Source: Nitrososphaeria archaeon | Lineage (GTDB): Archaea; Thermoproteota; Nitrososphaeria; JACIWG01 | NCBI GenBank assembly: GCA_050011875.1 | Contig: JBEKIG010000006.1 | Coordinates: 1 to 64,000, forward strand | DNA length: 64,000 nucleotides | Direction of reading: 5' to 3' | In this document: positions 48,654-59,445 of the stretch, in pieces | Layout of the letters: each line of letters begins with the position of its first letter | How positions within the stretch are numbered: the stretch's first letter is position 1 | Translations under genes and position numbers: made by a program | The notes under the pieces: generated by a model | Databases searched by the model: none | Told to the model about the DNA's origin: nothing | The model's input: the letters and a program-made list of their open reading frames with translations, nothing else

Positions 48654-50618
48654 ATGTACGGCTGGATGGGTAAAGTTCTGAGGATAGACCTGTCTTCAGG
48701 GGACATAAGCGAAATTAGCACTGGGGATTATGTCCCTGACTTTATTGGCGGGTATGGTCTTGCATTAAAGCTGATATGGGATGAAACTGTAGGTAAACAG
48801 TTCCCGAGTGAATTTGATCCAGAAGCGCCGTTAGTCCTTGCTACAGGTCCTCTTGCGGGAACTCCTTCGCCCGCCGCTGGAAGAAGCGAGGTCGGTGGGC
48901 TCGCCCCTCAGAGCTATCCTGTTGCTTGGGTCGCTGACTCAGGCTTTGGAGGCGACTTTGCTACAAAATTGAAGTTTTCAGGGTATGATGCGATACTAAT
49001 AGTTGGCAGTTCGAATACGCCAAAATACATCTATGTAGAAGATGGCGAAGCAGAAATAATTGATGCCACATATCTATGGGGACTATACACCATAAAAGCC
49101 GAGCAATTACTTCTCCAAAAACACGGCCTCGATTCTGCTGTAGCGTCGATCGGGCCTGCGGGTGAAAATCTTGTAAGAATTGCTATAATAACAACTAAAA
49201 CAGAGAATGCTTCTGGACAAGGTGGGTTCGGAGCAGTTATGGGATCAAAGAAACTGAAGGCTATAGTAGTCAAAGGCAATCAGAGGATTAGAGTTGCCGA
49301 ACCAGACATCCTAATAGACGAGGTGAAGAAGATCACCGCTGAATTTAGAAACGGGACTCCTAAAGGAACTTACATGTGGAGACCGTTATCAGAAACCGAT
49401 CCTACGTATACCGTTAAGAAGCACAGTGGTTGTACAGGCTGTGGTGAGTGCATGAGTGCCACTGATTCTTTTCCTGATTATTATGAAAACGTTCAACAAC
49501 ATTGGACTGGCACTGGTATGATATCCGGCGATATGCACTGTATTGGCCGTAATGCGTCTAACCTTATTGGCAATATCCAGAACGATACAGCTTTTGAATT
49601 CAACAAATTGGCGGAATATCTTGGGATAAACCATTGGGAGCTCTTTGCAGGAATGGGCTATTTTATTCAGAACTGCTACAAAGATGGTAAGCTTTCTGAA
49701 TTGATGGGAGAAAAGCTGAACTTGAACACAAATCCGTGGACAGTGGGATTTCCACCGGAGCTAGCTGCCAAATTTATCAATGCAATAGCCTACAGAGACG
49801 GAGATGGGGATATATTTGCAGAAGGATCCCCTAGAGCAGAGGAAAAGCTAGGTATCCAGAATGAAGCATGGAAGACTCACAAACACGGCTACGGTCCACA
49901 CTGGGATGGAAGGTACCTGCATCTGATCAACTATCCACTTTGGGTGATAGCTGCTCTTCTCTGGAGTACGTGGGGGAGAGATCCAAACAATTCAACGCAC
50001 TGCTGCGTCGAGAGCTACTATGACGGAGTCAAAGAATGGGGTGGAGGACCCATACCGTATGAACAGCTTAAGGTGATAGGTGAGAAGGTATATGGTACGG
50101 AAGATGCTTTCACGGGGTGGAAGAATGACGCTGACCTAGGCTATAAGGACAAGGAAATTGTTGTAATATATCACCAGCACAGAAGTATGATGAAGACAAG
50201 CCTTACGGTGTGTGACTGGATGTTCCCTATGACATGGTCAACAGCGACACCAGATAATGTTGGAGACTACGAAGCGGAAGTAAGATTATTCAACGCAGTA
50301 ACAGGACAAAATTATACTCTCGATGACATGCTAAATTCAGCGGAAAGATGCATGAACGTCCTGAGATCGCTCCATGTCAGACAGGGAAGGACAAGAACGG
50401 ACGACGAAAGCGTCATTAGATACTTTACGGAGCAAAAATCTGCGCATCCCGACGAAATTCAAACACTCGACCAAGCTAAATTCGGTACGTTACTAGACAA
50501 TTACTATGAAAGGAGAGGATGGGACAAGGCAACAGGATGGCCTACCGAAGATAAATTAGTTTCTCTTGGTCTCAAAGACGTTTCTGATGAGTTAGCAAGA
50601 ACAGGAAACCTACCATAA
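48654..50618 (+). CDS. Aldehyde:ferredoxin oxidoreductase family (W/Mo; YdhV-like)
   Basis: MYGWMGKVLRIDLS, TGPLAG, LKFSGYDA, IGPAGEN, GFGAVMGSKKLKAI, YYERRGWD..TGWPT. Confidence 0.92.
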   Translation: MYGWMGKVLRIDLSSGDISEISTGDYVPDFIGGYGLALKLIWDETVGKQFPSEFDPEAPLVLATGPLAGTPSPAAGRSEVGGLAPQSYPVAWVADSGFGGDFATKLKFSGYDAILIVGSSNTPKYIYVEDGEAEIIDATYLWGLYTIKAEQLLLQKHGLDSAVASIGPAGENLVRIAIITTKTENASGQGGFGAVMGSKKLKAIVVKGNQRIRVAEPDILIDEVKKITAEFRNGTPKGTYMWRPLSETDPTYTVKKHSGCTGCGECMSATDSFPDYYENVQQHWTGTGMISGDMHCIGRNASNLIGNIQNDTAFEFNKLAEYLGINHWELFAGMGYFIQNCYKDGKLSELMGEKLNLNTNPWTVGFPPELAAKFINAIAYRDGDGDIFAEGSPRAEEKLGIQNEAWKTHKHGYGPHWDGRYLHLINYPLWVIAALLWSTWGRDPNNSTHCCVESYYDGVKEWGGGPIPYEQLKVIGEKVYGTEDAFTGWKNDADLGYKDKEIVVIYHQHRSMMKTSLTVCDWMFPMTWSTATPDNVGDYEAEVRLFNAVTGQNYTLDDMLNSAERCMNVLRSLHVRQGRTRTDDESVIRYFTEQKSAHPDEIQTLDQAKFGTLLDNYYERRGWDKATGWPTEDKLVSLGLKDVSDELARTGNLP

Positions 50619-50984
50619 ACTATGGCAGCATCAATATTAATTCGAGGAAGTGCAACTTCTACGAACATATCATTTCTGTATTTCCAGAATCAAATGAAAT
50701 GAGAAACGAATTTTGGAAAGCACATCTTGCAATATATGGTTCTAAGACCTATTGTCGTAGTTCCTTAACAGTGTCTTCTAATCTAAGATGTGAGCACAGA
50801 AAGTATGTTCAAATTCAAGCCGTTTAATCTTTCGATAACCTCACTCCTAATAGGTGTTAGATCTTAAGCCCCTATTCTCTATATAATTGTGAAGGAATGA
50901 CATCAAACGTGCTGTACTAAATAGGATGCTCTTCCATTTTGCGACAATAAAGTTAATATCTATGTTTTTCATATACATATTAAA

Positions 50985-51218
50985 ATGGCTTTAGCATTTG
51001 TTTTAATAAATTCGGAATTAGGTGCTGAAAGTGAAATAATTAAGGAACTGAAAAAGATCGAGGAAATAAAAGAAGTATATCCGGTCTACGGCGTTTACGA
51101 TATTATAGTTAAAGTTCAAGCAGACGCTCTTGATAAGGTAAAGGACATAATAACTTGGAAGATCAGACGCCTAGATAAAATACGTTCGACCCTAACAATG
51201 ATCGCTATCGAAGAATAG
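50985..51218 (+). CDS. Stand-alone Lrp/AsnC ligand-binding domain protein
   Basis: AFVLIN...VYGVYDIIVKV...IRSTLTMI. Confidence 0.9.
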   Translation: MALAFVLINSELGAESEIIKELKKIEEIKEVYPVYGVYDIIVKVQADALDKVKDIITWKIRRLDKIRSTLTMIAIEE

Positions 51219-51387
51219 AATAAAAATCTAATGAAAGAAATAAGTTTACCTAATTATTATTATATTCTTTCTATCTGAACATTTTTCCATATTGCCTCAA
51301 GAGCTCAAGCTTCTCAATCGTTCACTTCTGTTCTAACGATTTAATAAATGGGATATAAGACCCATTTTATAGCAGTAGGCAAATTGA

Positions 51388-52734
51388 TTAAAGAATCGAA
51401 TAAAGCTCCTTAACGTATCTCTCAACAATTATGTCCCAGGAAAATTGCTGAGCAAATGGAACAGTATTTTCAGCCATCTCGTCCCTATTTGCTATAACAT
51501 ATTCTAATCCACTTGCTATGGATGATGTATCACTGCCGTCCACCAACACCCCCGTCTTCTTATCTATGATGTTCTCTGGTAGTCCACCCACATTTCCGAC
51601 GACTACGGGTAGGCCGCAGGCCTGAGCTTCGACAGCGACTAGACCGAACGCTTCCTTGGTTGAAGGGAATGCTCCTACGGACGCTGATCTGATCAATGAA
51701 AGGAGTACGTCGTCTGGTAATTGCTCCGTATAAATCTTAACCCTCGATCTAATGTCTGCTGGGAGGTCATTATATTTATCCAAGACATCAGTATGGTAAT
51801 ACTCCCAGTTAGAGGGTATGCCAAAGATCGCTAGGTCGTATTCTGTTTGGGACTTGTAATAAAGCTTATCGTATGCTAGTATCAGATTTGATATACCTTT
51901 CACAGGGTCTATTCTCCCCCAGAAAGCGATGTACTTCCTTTTAAGGCCATATCTTTGAAGTATTTCCACATCTTTCTTCTTTTCCTCCTCCGTCGGTGGT
52001 CTGAATTTTTTCAGGTCTATTCCGTTCGGGATGCAGACCAGCTTGTCAGACCTTATTCTATACTGAGTTCTTATTATCCTCTCTTGGCTCTTGGACATTA
52101 CGTGCACCTTGTCAGCAAGCTTACACCCCTTTTGCTCCCACTGAAGTCTTTCATCTCTTTTAACCTCATCATCTTTTCTATCAGAACTCATATGGACGGA
52201 CAGAATGCATTTTGAGTCCGGCATAGCTCGAGCAGTCTTCAGATTGTAAATGAATTGAGCGCCATAGAAGTCGTGTCCGTGGATAATTGTGCTCTCATCA
52301 AACATCTTTCGGCACAGTTCACCGTTAGAATCGTAAATATAATTAAGTGTTGTAAATATATGGTCCCAAGTTACTATGCAATCAAGTGGATTGTCAATAT
52401 AGAGGCTGCCGCTTTTTGCTTGGATCTTATCACCTAGGCCGCTGCATGGAGGAACGGCATAGACGTCCACGTTTGATATCGGCCTATATTGAACGACGTT
52501 TTCTGGGTTATAGTAGGATTTGGGAAAGATGGGTGAGCCGCTCAAACCCTTCTTCCTCGCAAGAACGGTTACATTGTAACCGAATGATGGAAGACGCTCG
52601 GAGACTTCGGCTACAACCCTTCCCATCCCACCCCACTTTTCTATATCTTCCACTTTCCCCTTTAAGACTTCACCCTTCCCTACGTTCCACCAGTATTCCG
52701 GGGAAAACATTATGATTTCCTTGTCAACCGGCAT
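51388..52734 (-). CDS. GT4 glycosyltransferase (glycogen-synthase-like)
   Basis: GGMG, HGHDF, IPNGID, GRIDPVKG, EAFGLVAVEAQACG. Confidence 0.88.
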   Translation of the reverse strand: MPVDKEIIMFSPEYWWNVGKGEVLKGKVEDIEKWGGMGRVVAEVSERLPSFGYNVTVLARKKGLSGSPIFPKSYYNPENVVQYRPISNVDVYAVPPCSGLGDKIQAKSGSLYIDNPLDCIVTWDHIFTTLNYIYDSNGELCRKMFDESTIIHGHDFYGAQFIYNLKTARAMPDSKCILSVHMSSDRKDDEVKRDERLQWEQKGCKLADKVHVMSKSQERIIRTQYRIRSDKLVCIPNGIDLKKFRPPTEEEKKKDVEILQRYGLKRKYIAFWGRIDPVKGISNLILAYDKLYYKSQTEYDLAIFGIPSNWEYYHTDVLDKYNDLPADIRSRVKIYTEQLPDDVLLSLIRSASVGAFPSTKEAFGLVAVEAQACGLPVVVGNVGGLPENIIDKKTGVLVDGSDTSSIASGLEYVIANRDEMAENTVPFAQQFSWDIIVERYVKELYSIL

Positions 52735-52833
52735 CGAATCGTCTATCGGATGTTTAATAGGTATATTTAACTTTCTTTCCTTTTGTAGTCAAAAATTTAT
52801 ATAAAAGGCGATTCTGAGCAAAAACCGAAAATA

Positions 52834-53562
52834 TTGGTGGAAACTTCATTTCAATGCGAGCTCGAAAATGCCGCTAGAGAACTTGGAGCGGATTTATTCG
52901 GTGTGGCAGACCTTACGGAAGCACAAGATTTTGTATGTAACCAGGGAGGGGAGTACCTGAGGAAGTTCCCTAGGGCTATCTCAATAGGTATTCGTCTGAT
53001 GGACGCCGTTGTCGACGAGCTACACAGACACGAGGAGCGCTCCGTAATCTTCACTTACAGGGCACTATATAATTCCGTTAACTCTAGGTTAGACCATATC
53101 GGGCTGCTCTTGGCTAGAAGGATCCAAAAAGAAGGCTTCCAAGCATATCCGATTCCGGCATCTCAGGTCATCGATAATGACAGACTCGTGGGGACGGTTT
53201 CCAACAAACTTGCACCGAATCTGGCTGGGCTAGGATGGATCGGAAAAAGCTGTCTTCTAGTAACCCCAGAATACGGTCCAAGAGTAAGATTTGCAACCAT
53301 TCTCACGGATGCTAAATTGAAGGCTGGTTCTTCTATAAAAGTGCGGTGTGGGGAGTGCAGGGCGTGTGTAAACATATGTCCACCTAAGGCGTTTTCAGGG
53401 GTTCCGTTTGATCCTAAAGAGCCTAGGGAAATCAGATTTAATGCGCACGCGTGCTACGATTACATGAAAAGAAGGGAGCAGAAGTTAGGTGAACAGCTCT
53501 GCGGATTATGTGTCTACATCTGTCCATACGGTAAAGGGGAAAGGTTAAGGAAATCTTCCTAG
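52834..53562 (+). CDS. QueG/reductive-dehalogenase-like 4Fe-4S protein
   Basis: AGLGWIGKS...PEYGPRVRF, CGECRACVNICP, CGLCVYICP. Confidence 0.82.
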   Translation: MVETSFQCELENAARELGADLFGVADLTEAQDFVCNQGGEYLRKFPRAISIGIRLMDAVVDELHRHEERSVIFTYRALYNSVNSRLDHIGLLLARRIQKEGFQAYPIPASQVIDNDRLVGTVSNKLAPNLAGLGWIGKSCLLVTPEYGPRVRFATILTDAKLKAGSSIKVRCGECRACVNICPPKAFSGVPFDPKEPREIRFNAHACYDYMKRREQKLGEQLCGLCVYICPYGKGERLRKSS

Positions 53563-53714
53563 GGAGAGTATTTACCAAAGCAGTTACGAAGATGAAGTAA
53601 AACAATCTCATAGAAGATGAATCTTGCATATTAAACTTTTCCGTGTAACTTGGATGAGTTTGGAAAGGTTAATATTGGGTAGCAGGCTATAGAAAGAGTG
53701 AGGTTGTAGAAAGC

Positions 53715-54719
53715 TTGAAAGCACAAGTTTGCAGTCGTATTGGTCCGATTGAAAGCGGGGTAATGTCTTACGAATCTGTTCCGGACCCTAAATTTGAGCC
53801 TAACAAGGTACTTATTAGAATAAAAGCCTGCGGTGTTTGCCATTCGAACCTCAGTATGATAGAGGGAGAATTTCAGATTTTCGGCGTTCCCTCTAAACTC
53901 CCAATAATCCCTGGTCACGAAATAACTGGAGTTATTGAGAAAGTAGGGAAGGATACGAAGGGAGTTCGAGAAGGACAGAGGGTGGGCGTTCAGGTACTAT
54001 ATGACAGCTGTGGCAAATGTGATTACTGTTTGACCGGAAACGAAAACCTGTGTTTGACAAAAAATGCGACAGGAGAAACCGTCGATGGGGGCTACGCCGA
54101 ATACATTGCTGCACCATATGATTACATTTACGAGCTGCCGGACAATGTGGGGTATGAAGAAGGGGCGCCTCTCTTTTGCCCCGGTGTAACAGCATACCGC
54201 GCTGTAAGGAGGGCTGGTATAAAACCCGGGCAAAGCGTTGCAGTAATAGGCATAGGCGGCGTAGGCCACATGTCCCTGCAGTTCGCAAAATTAGCTGGCG
54301 CTGAAACGATAGCCATTGACAAGTCTGAAGGCCAGTTAAAACTCGCTGAGGAACTTGGAGCCGATCACGTCCTTCTGTCAGAAGATGTCAAGGATTACAT
54401 ATCAAAAAAAGAAAAGGTGGACGTAGCAATGGTTCACGCGCCCTCACAAAAAGCAGTTGACCAAGCGTTGAGCATTGTCAAACACGGTGGGGTCGTGCTG
54501 ATGGGCGTGTTAGGCAACGTCAACGTAGTCTTTCCGGAAGAAATTTCTATTGTATCAAGTGTAATAGGCTCGAGACATGAAATGAGAGAGGTTCTAAAGA
54601 TCGCGTCAATGGGAAAAGTGAAGGTTAAATGGACAGCATATAAGCTCAGAGAAGCGAACAATGTACTCAAAAAGTTGAAACAGGGTCAGATAGTGGGAAG
54701 AGCGGTCTTAGTTCCATAA
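53715..54719 (+). CDS. Zn-dependent alcohol dehydrogenase
   Basis: CGVCHS, PGHE, CGKCDYC...C, GIGGVG. Confidence 0.92.
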   Translation: MKAQVCSRIGPIESGVMSYESVPDPKFEPNKVLIRIKACGVCHSNLSMIEGEFQIFGVPSKLPIIPGHEITGVIEKVGKDTKGVREGQRVGVQVLYDSCGKCDYCLTGNENLCLTKNATGETVDGGYAEYIAAPYDYIYELPDNVGYEEGAPLFCPGVTAYRAVRRAGIKPGQSVAVIGIGGVGHMSLQFAKLAGAETIAIDKSEGQLKLAEELGADHVLLSEDVKDYISKKEKVDVAMVHAPSQKAVDQALSIVKHGGVVLMGVLGNVNVVFPEEISIVSSVIGSRHEMREVLKIASMGKVKVKWTAYKLREANNVLKKLKQGQIVGRAVLVP

Positions 54720-54874
54720 GATAATCAATCTCTCAAATGAATTTCAATCCCACTTTTTTTGAGCTCACGCGTACGATTGTTTCCGATTTTTTTATTTAAT
54801 AATATGCCAGAAAGCCTCAAACAGAGTAGTATTGCCTAAGAAAAAAAGGTGGGCCTGCGACTACAACGATACCT

Positions 54875-56182
54875 TTAGAGTTTGTGAGAAGCTAATTCAA
54901 CAATGTCCTCGTAGTTCTGTAAGAAGCAATTCGTGTAAATCATGTGGGGTGGAATGACAAGGCCGGGGTTGACCCTTGTCTGAATGAGACTGCAGCCCGC
55001 CCCTATGCGTACTGCGTTGCCTATGACCGATCCCGATCCGATATACGTGGAATTTTCAAGGGTTGACTCTATAACGACCTTTCTGCCAACTATGCTGTCC
55101 GAAACCTTGGCGTAATTTTCAATTCTCACAGCGTCTAAGATCGCTGACCTTTCTACTTCTACATGATCACGTAATATGCAGAAGTTGTCGATGTTAGAAT
55201 CCGAGATCCTAGAGTTGTCCCCTATTCTTGTGTGTCTACCTATTAGGGCAGCGCCTTCTATAGACAATTTTTTTTCATTGTACTTTTTGATGATTTCTTC
55301 CCTTCTCTTGACTGATTCTTCACTGTATCCTTGAATCCAGACGTTCCTGCCCGGTATAGCCCTTTCTTCTGTGATTCTTATGTTCAGGTTTCCATAAAGC
55401 ACATCATGCATTGCCTTCAAATATCTTCCAGGTGTGCCTATATCATACCAGACATTTAATTCGTAGGAGTAGACGGGATAGTTTTTCTCAATAAAGTATG
55501 GTATGATGTCATATCCGAAGTCTAGCCTCTTTCTCTCCTCCAGCATTTTCCTTATTTCTTCGCTTTCAACTATTGTTCGAACTTCTGGAGAAAGCAGGTA
55601 TAGGCCAGCGTTTGCAAGATTGCTCGGTGCTTTACCTGCAGAAGGTTTTTCAACAAAATTTTTGATCCGAAAGTCATCGGCTACATCGGCTATGCCGAAC
55701 TCTTCAGTATTGTCGACTCTAGCAAGGGCGATGGTCATAATCGCTTTAGTGTCTACATGCCTTTTTACGAACCCTTTCAGGTCGATGTTGAAAACATTGT
55801 CTCCTTGAACTACCAACACCGGGTCGCGGACGTCATAGTATCCGATGTTAAGCCTATACGAGTCAGCGCTTCCTAGATCGTCAAGGTTCGGTTGATGTTT
55901 TATGTGCGCCCTCGGCTGGATCCTATACTTAGCTGAGAATCCTACTCCCTCCCCATATTGATCAAAAAGGTTTGAATAATTTGTGTAACCATTTTCCCCA
56001 AAAATAAAGCTCTTTATTCCCTGTTCAGCCAAGGTTGCCATAGCGAATTCGATTAACGGTCTATTCAGGAATCTAATACAAGGCTTCGAAATATCCTGCG
56101 TTAAAGGCCTTAATCTTTTGGCTTGGCCTCCTACAGGGATAAAGCACTTGATCTTTCCTATATCCACGCTATATCTTAGCAC
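54875..56182 (-). CDS. NDP-sugar pyrophosphorylase with left-handed beta-helix
   Basis: VGGQAKRLRPLT...KP, QGDN, FVEKP, WYDIG. Confidence 0.88.
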   Translation of the reverse strand: MLRYSVDIGKIKCFIPVGGQAKRLRPLTQDISKPCIRFLNRPLIEFAMATLAEQGIKSFIFGENGYTNYSNLFDQYGEGVGFSAKYRIQPRAHIKHQPNLDDLGSADSYRLNIGYYDVRDPVLVVQGDNVFNIDLKGFVKRHVDTKAIMTIALARVDNTEEFGIADVADDFRIKNFVEKPSAGKAPSNLANAGLYLLSPEVRTIVESEEIRKMLEERKRLDFGYDIIPYFIEKNYPVYSYELNVWYDIGTPGRYLKAMHDVLYGNLNIRITEERAIPGRNVWIQGYSEESVKRREEIIKKYNEKKLSIEGAALIGRHTRIGDNSRISDSNIDNFCILRDHVEVERSAILDAVRIENYAKVSDSIVGRKVVIESTLENSTYIGSGSVIGNAVRIGAGCSLIQTRVNPGLVIPPHMIYTNCFLQNYEDIVELASHKL

Positions 56183-56345
56183 AGCACAATAATTTAAACC
56201 ATGCTAGCAGCATAAAACGTCATATTTCATCTTCTCCTTGGTCATGATGGGTGTATCAGAGCGAAGCCAGCTGAATTTCAGTAAACGGTGTTTAAATAAA
56301 GCTATAACTTTATCACCCTATTCTGAGTATTCTAGGCGATGGTTT

Positions 56346-56849
56346 ATGGTAGAAATTAAGTCACTTTTTGAATATAACTGGTATTGTAGGGCCAAGTTCC
56401 TCGACGCAATGTCGAAGCTTCCTTGGGAAAAAGTTGTAGAGAACCGTGAAGCGAGCTTCAACTCTATGAGAAACGTCTTCCTCCACAGCCTTGGAGCTGA
56501 GGAGGGCTGGTTGAAGCGCATTACTCTTGGAAAAATGGATTTTTGGCCGGTCCACGATTATGACAAGGACTTCAAAGGCATAGAAGAAATGAGAAAATAC
56601 ATGGTGAAGGTTGAGACAGAGAGCCGAGCCTACCTTGCAAAGCTCACGCCGCAGGATCTCGACAGGACGGTCTCTTGGCTGGGCAAAGACAATACAATGA
56701 ACAGTTTCCGAGTTGAGGACATACTGTTACATGTTATAGAAGAGGAAATACACCACAGAGGAGAAATTCTCTGCCTCATGTGGCAGATCAACGCTACGCC
56801 GCCATACACAAGCTACACCCAATATCTGAAAGATACAAAGAAGGTATAG
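56346..56849 (+). CDS. DinB-family protein
   Basis: YNW, H...AEEGW, HVIEEEIHHRGE; start reassigned to ATG 56346. Confidence 0.85.
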   Translation: MVEIKSLFEYNWYCRAKFLDAMSKLPWEKVVENREASFNSMRNVFLHSLGAEEGWLKRITLGKMDFWPVHDYDKDFKGIEEMRKYMVKVETESRAYLAKLTPQDLDRTVSWLGKDNTMNSFRVEDILLHVIEEEIHHRGEILCLMWQINATPPYTSYTQYLKDTKKV

Positions 56850-56958
56850 TGGCTTCAAACAAAATTAGAGATTTTCATGACCAAAGTTTTCCTTTTAAAT
56901 TAAGTGTCGAAATTTTAAATACCTATATTCAAAGTAATCGTAATTGAGTGTGATGTAA

Positions 56959-58317
56959 ATGAGTTCGGTCATGAGACTTAGGCTTAATGAAAGGGAAGAA
57001 AACGGTAATCCTGTAAAGGTGGGCGTTATTGGCGCGGGCTTCTTTGGTTGTTCTGCAATAGGGCAGGTATCAAGAATACCAGGAATCAAGGTCTCCATCA
57101 TAGCAGACGTCTACAGAGATAAGGCGCTCCGCGCGTACGTAAAATTTGCTCGATGTAACCCAAAGAATGTCGTAGAGGTCAAGGATGTTGACACAGCGAA
57201 CCATTACATAGAGAAGGGTACCCCCGCGATTACAACCAATAGCAGAGTATTGATAGACAGCAACTTGGACGTCATCCTTGAATCAACCGGTATTCCAGAA
57301 GTAGCTGCTAGGCACGCTTACGATGCGATAAACAAGAAAAAGAACATCGTCATGGCTACGGTTGAAGCTGAATGCGTAGTTGGGCCACTTTTGGCCAAGA
57401 TGGCACAAGAAAAAGGTGTTGTCTATAGCCAAGCTTTTGGAGACCAACCAGCTTTGATAGCAGAGCTTTATGATTGGGCGACATCCTGTGGATTTAAAGT
57501 CGTAGCTGCCGGTGAAGGAACCGCGGCAAGGCTCGAATGGAGACATTTAAGCCCTGATGACGCGTTAAAGCGATTCGGTTTTACACAGGAAGAAATAGTT
57601 CGTCTAAGACTGAACCCAAAGATGTACAACTCTTTCCTTGACACGACGAAATGTGCAGTAGAAATGGTCGCTGTCTGCAATGCGACAGGATTGAAGCCGG
57701 ATGTTAGAGGCATGCACTTTCCCTTAGGTTCGATGAAAGATGTGCCCAGGCTCCTAAGTTTGAAGAAGGATGGAGGAATTTTAGAAAATGAGGGTATCGT
57801 CGATGTGATCACCCGCGTACGTCCGAATGGAAAAAGAATCAGACGCGATATACGCTGGGGTGTATTTGTCGTGGTCACTACTGATAGCAGAGATGTCAGA
57901 GGTCTCTTCAAGACCTACGAAGCACCAAGAGGTGGAAGGGGTAAAAATGCCCTATTCTATAGACCGTCTCATTGGGCTGGCCTTGAAGCATCGATGTCCT
58001 TGATTCAAGTAGCACTATACCATGAGCCGACTGGAGTGCCACTTCCTAAGGCACCTTCTGCGGAGGTTCTAGCTGCAGCCAAGAAGACACTGAAGCCTGG
58101 AGAAACATTGGATGGCGGGGGAGGGCACTCAGTCTATGGTATTGCTGAAAGAGCAGATATGGCAAGAAAGGAAGATCTGTTGCCTCTTGGACTTGCCGAA
58201 GGCATTCATCTTGTCAAAGAGGTTCCTCCAGATGGGATAATAAGATACGAGGATGTCGAACTGAACGAGGACTCCTTCCTTCTCAAGCTGAGACGGATAC
58301 AAGACAAGGCATTCTAG
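56959..58317 (+). CDS. Homoserine-dehydrogenase-like oxidoreductase with C-terminal SAF domain
   Basis: GVIGAGFFG, GDQP, NPKMYNSFLD, AKKTLKPGETLDGGGG, LLPLGLA. Confidence 0.85.
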   Translation: MSSVMRLRLNEREENGNPVKVGVIGAGFFGCSAIGQVSRIPGIKVSIIADVYRDKALRAYVKFARCNPKNVVEVKDVDTANHYIEKGTPAITTNSRVLIDSNLDVILESTGIPEVAARHAYDAINKKKNIVMATVEAECVVGPLLAKMAQEKGVVYSQAFGDQPALIAELYDWATSCGFKVVAAGEGTAARLEWRHLSPDDALKRFGFTQEEIVRLRLNPKMYNSFLDTTKCAVEMVAVCNATGLKPDVRGMHFPLGSMKDVPRLLSLKKDGGILENEGIVDVITRVRPNGKRIRRDIRWGVFVVVTTDSRDVRGLFKTYEAPRGGRGKNALFYRPSHWAGLEASMSLIQVALYHEPTGVPLPKAPSAEVLAAAKKTLKPGETLDGGGGHSVYGIAERADMARKEDLLPLGLAEGIHLVKEVPPDGIIRYEDVELNEDSFLLKLRRIQDKAF

Positions 58318-58368
58318 GAAGATATGAAGTTTCCAGTGTCTTGATTAGTCTATATATTGTGGTCTTTT

Positions 58369-58599
58369 CTATAGTTCGAATTCTTCAATAAGACCTTTCT
58401 CCTTGAGCCTTCTTAAAGCATAAGAAATCTCCCATAGATGGCAGTCTGTTGAGCGCCAGAGTTCCGAAAGGTTAACCTTTCCTTCTTTTCTGATCTTTTG
58501 GAGAAGCTCCTTTTCAAGTTCCTCGACATTTCTTCTGTTCTCTAGCGTTCGATGTGGCCCAACTACAATGTTCATAAACTCTTCAGGAAGCTCCTCCAT
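58369..58599 (-). CDS. Small winged-helix protein
   Basis: NLSELWRSTDCHLWEISYALRRLKEKGLI. Confidence 0.65.
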   Translation of the reverse strand: MEELPEEFMNIVVGPHRTLENRRNVEELEKELLQKIRKEGKVNLSELWRSTDCHLWEISYALRRLKEKGLIEEFEL

Positions 58600-58881
58600 A
58601 TAATCTGTTAGATAGAGGAGATGCCTCTCTTTTAAGAGTTTACAGGGACACCATTATCGCAGGTTTGGCCTTATTTAATTCCTACACAGTTGACATGAAG
58701 TCAAAGGTTCAGGACGAGGTGATAATTGCATAGAAAAAAAGGATCTTATTCTTATTACATAGAAAGGATTTGTTAGACCCCCTTAAACATTCTGAATGTC
58801 ACGGAAGCAGGATATAAGTTAGTTAAAAATATAGAAAACATATAAATATTTTTATATGAGAAACTTATCTCACCCCAAAAT

Positions 58882-59385
58882 ATGGGTTCAAAATCAAAGC
58901 CGACTACCGCTTACGTATTATCGCTTATTTCTGGGGTTCTGATTTTTATAGGAGGCATATGTAACTTAATAGTCAGTGTTTTAGTAAGAGCCTACATTAG
59001 AACATTTTTAGGCCGATACAGACCGCCGTTGATGCTGATCTGGCGACCCGGTTTGGGTATTGTATGGAGCATAGTTGGAATGGCGTTCGGGGTCATCGTC
59101 ATATATTCGGCTTTAATGCTCAACTCGGCACCCAAGAACCATACTATGTGGGGAACGCTCATCTTAGTGTTCTCCCTACTAAGCTTCATGGGTGCTTTAG
59201 CTGGTCTCGGAGCAGGTCTTATCCTTGGAGTAGTCGGTGGTGTTCTAGTGATTAATTGGAAAGAACCTGCCTTAACTCCAACTGCTGTCCTAGGGTTAAC
59301 TGTTAAATACTGCGTACAGTGTGGCCAAGCTATACCCGCAGATGCCAAGTTTTGTCCACATTGCGGAAAAGAGGCACCAGCATAG
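58882..59385 (+). CDS. Membrane protein with C-terminal zinc ribbon
   Basis: About 4 TM helices; CVQCG...FCPHCG. Confidence 0.82.
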   Translation: MGSKSKPTTAYVLSLISGVLIFIGGICNLIVSVLVRAYIRTFLGRYRPPLMLIWRPGLGIVWSIVGMAFGVIVIYSALMLNSAPKNHTMWGTLILVFSLLSFMGALAGLGAGLILGVVGGVLVINWKEPALTPTAVLGLTVKYCVQCGQAIPADAKFCPHCGKEAPA

Positions 59386-59445
59386 TATCATAATGCCACA
59401 TCTTGTACGAAAAAGATGGGGTGAGGCATGCCAAATAGGATTTGC

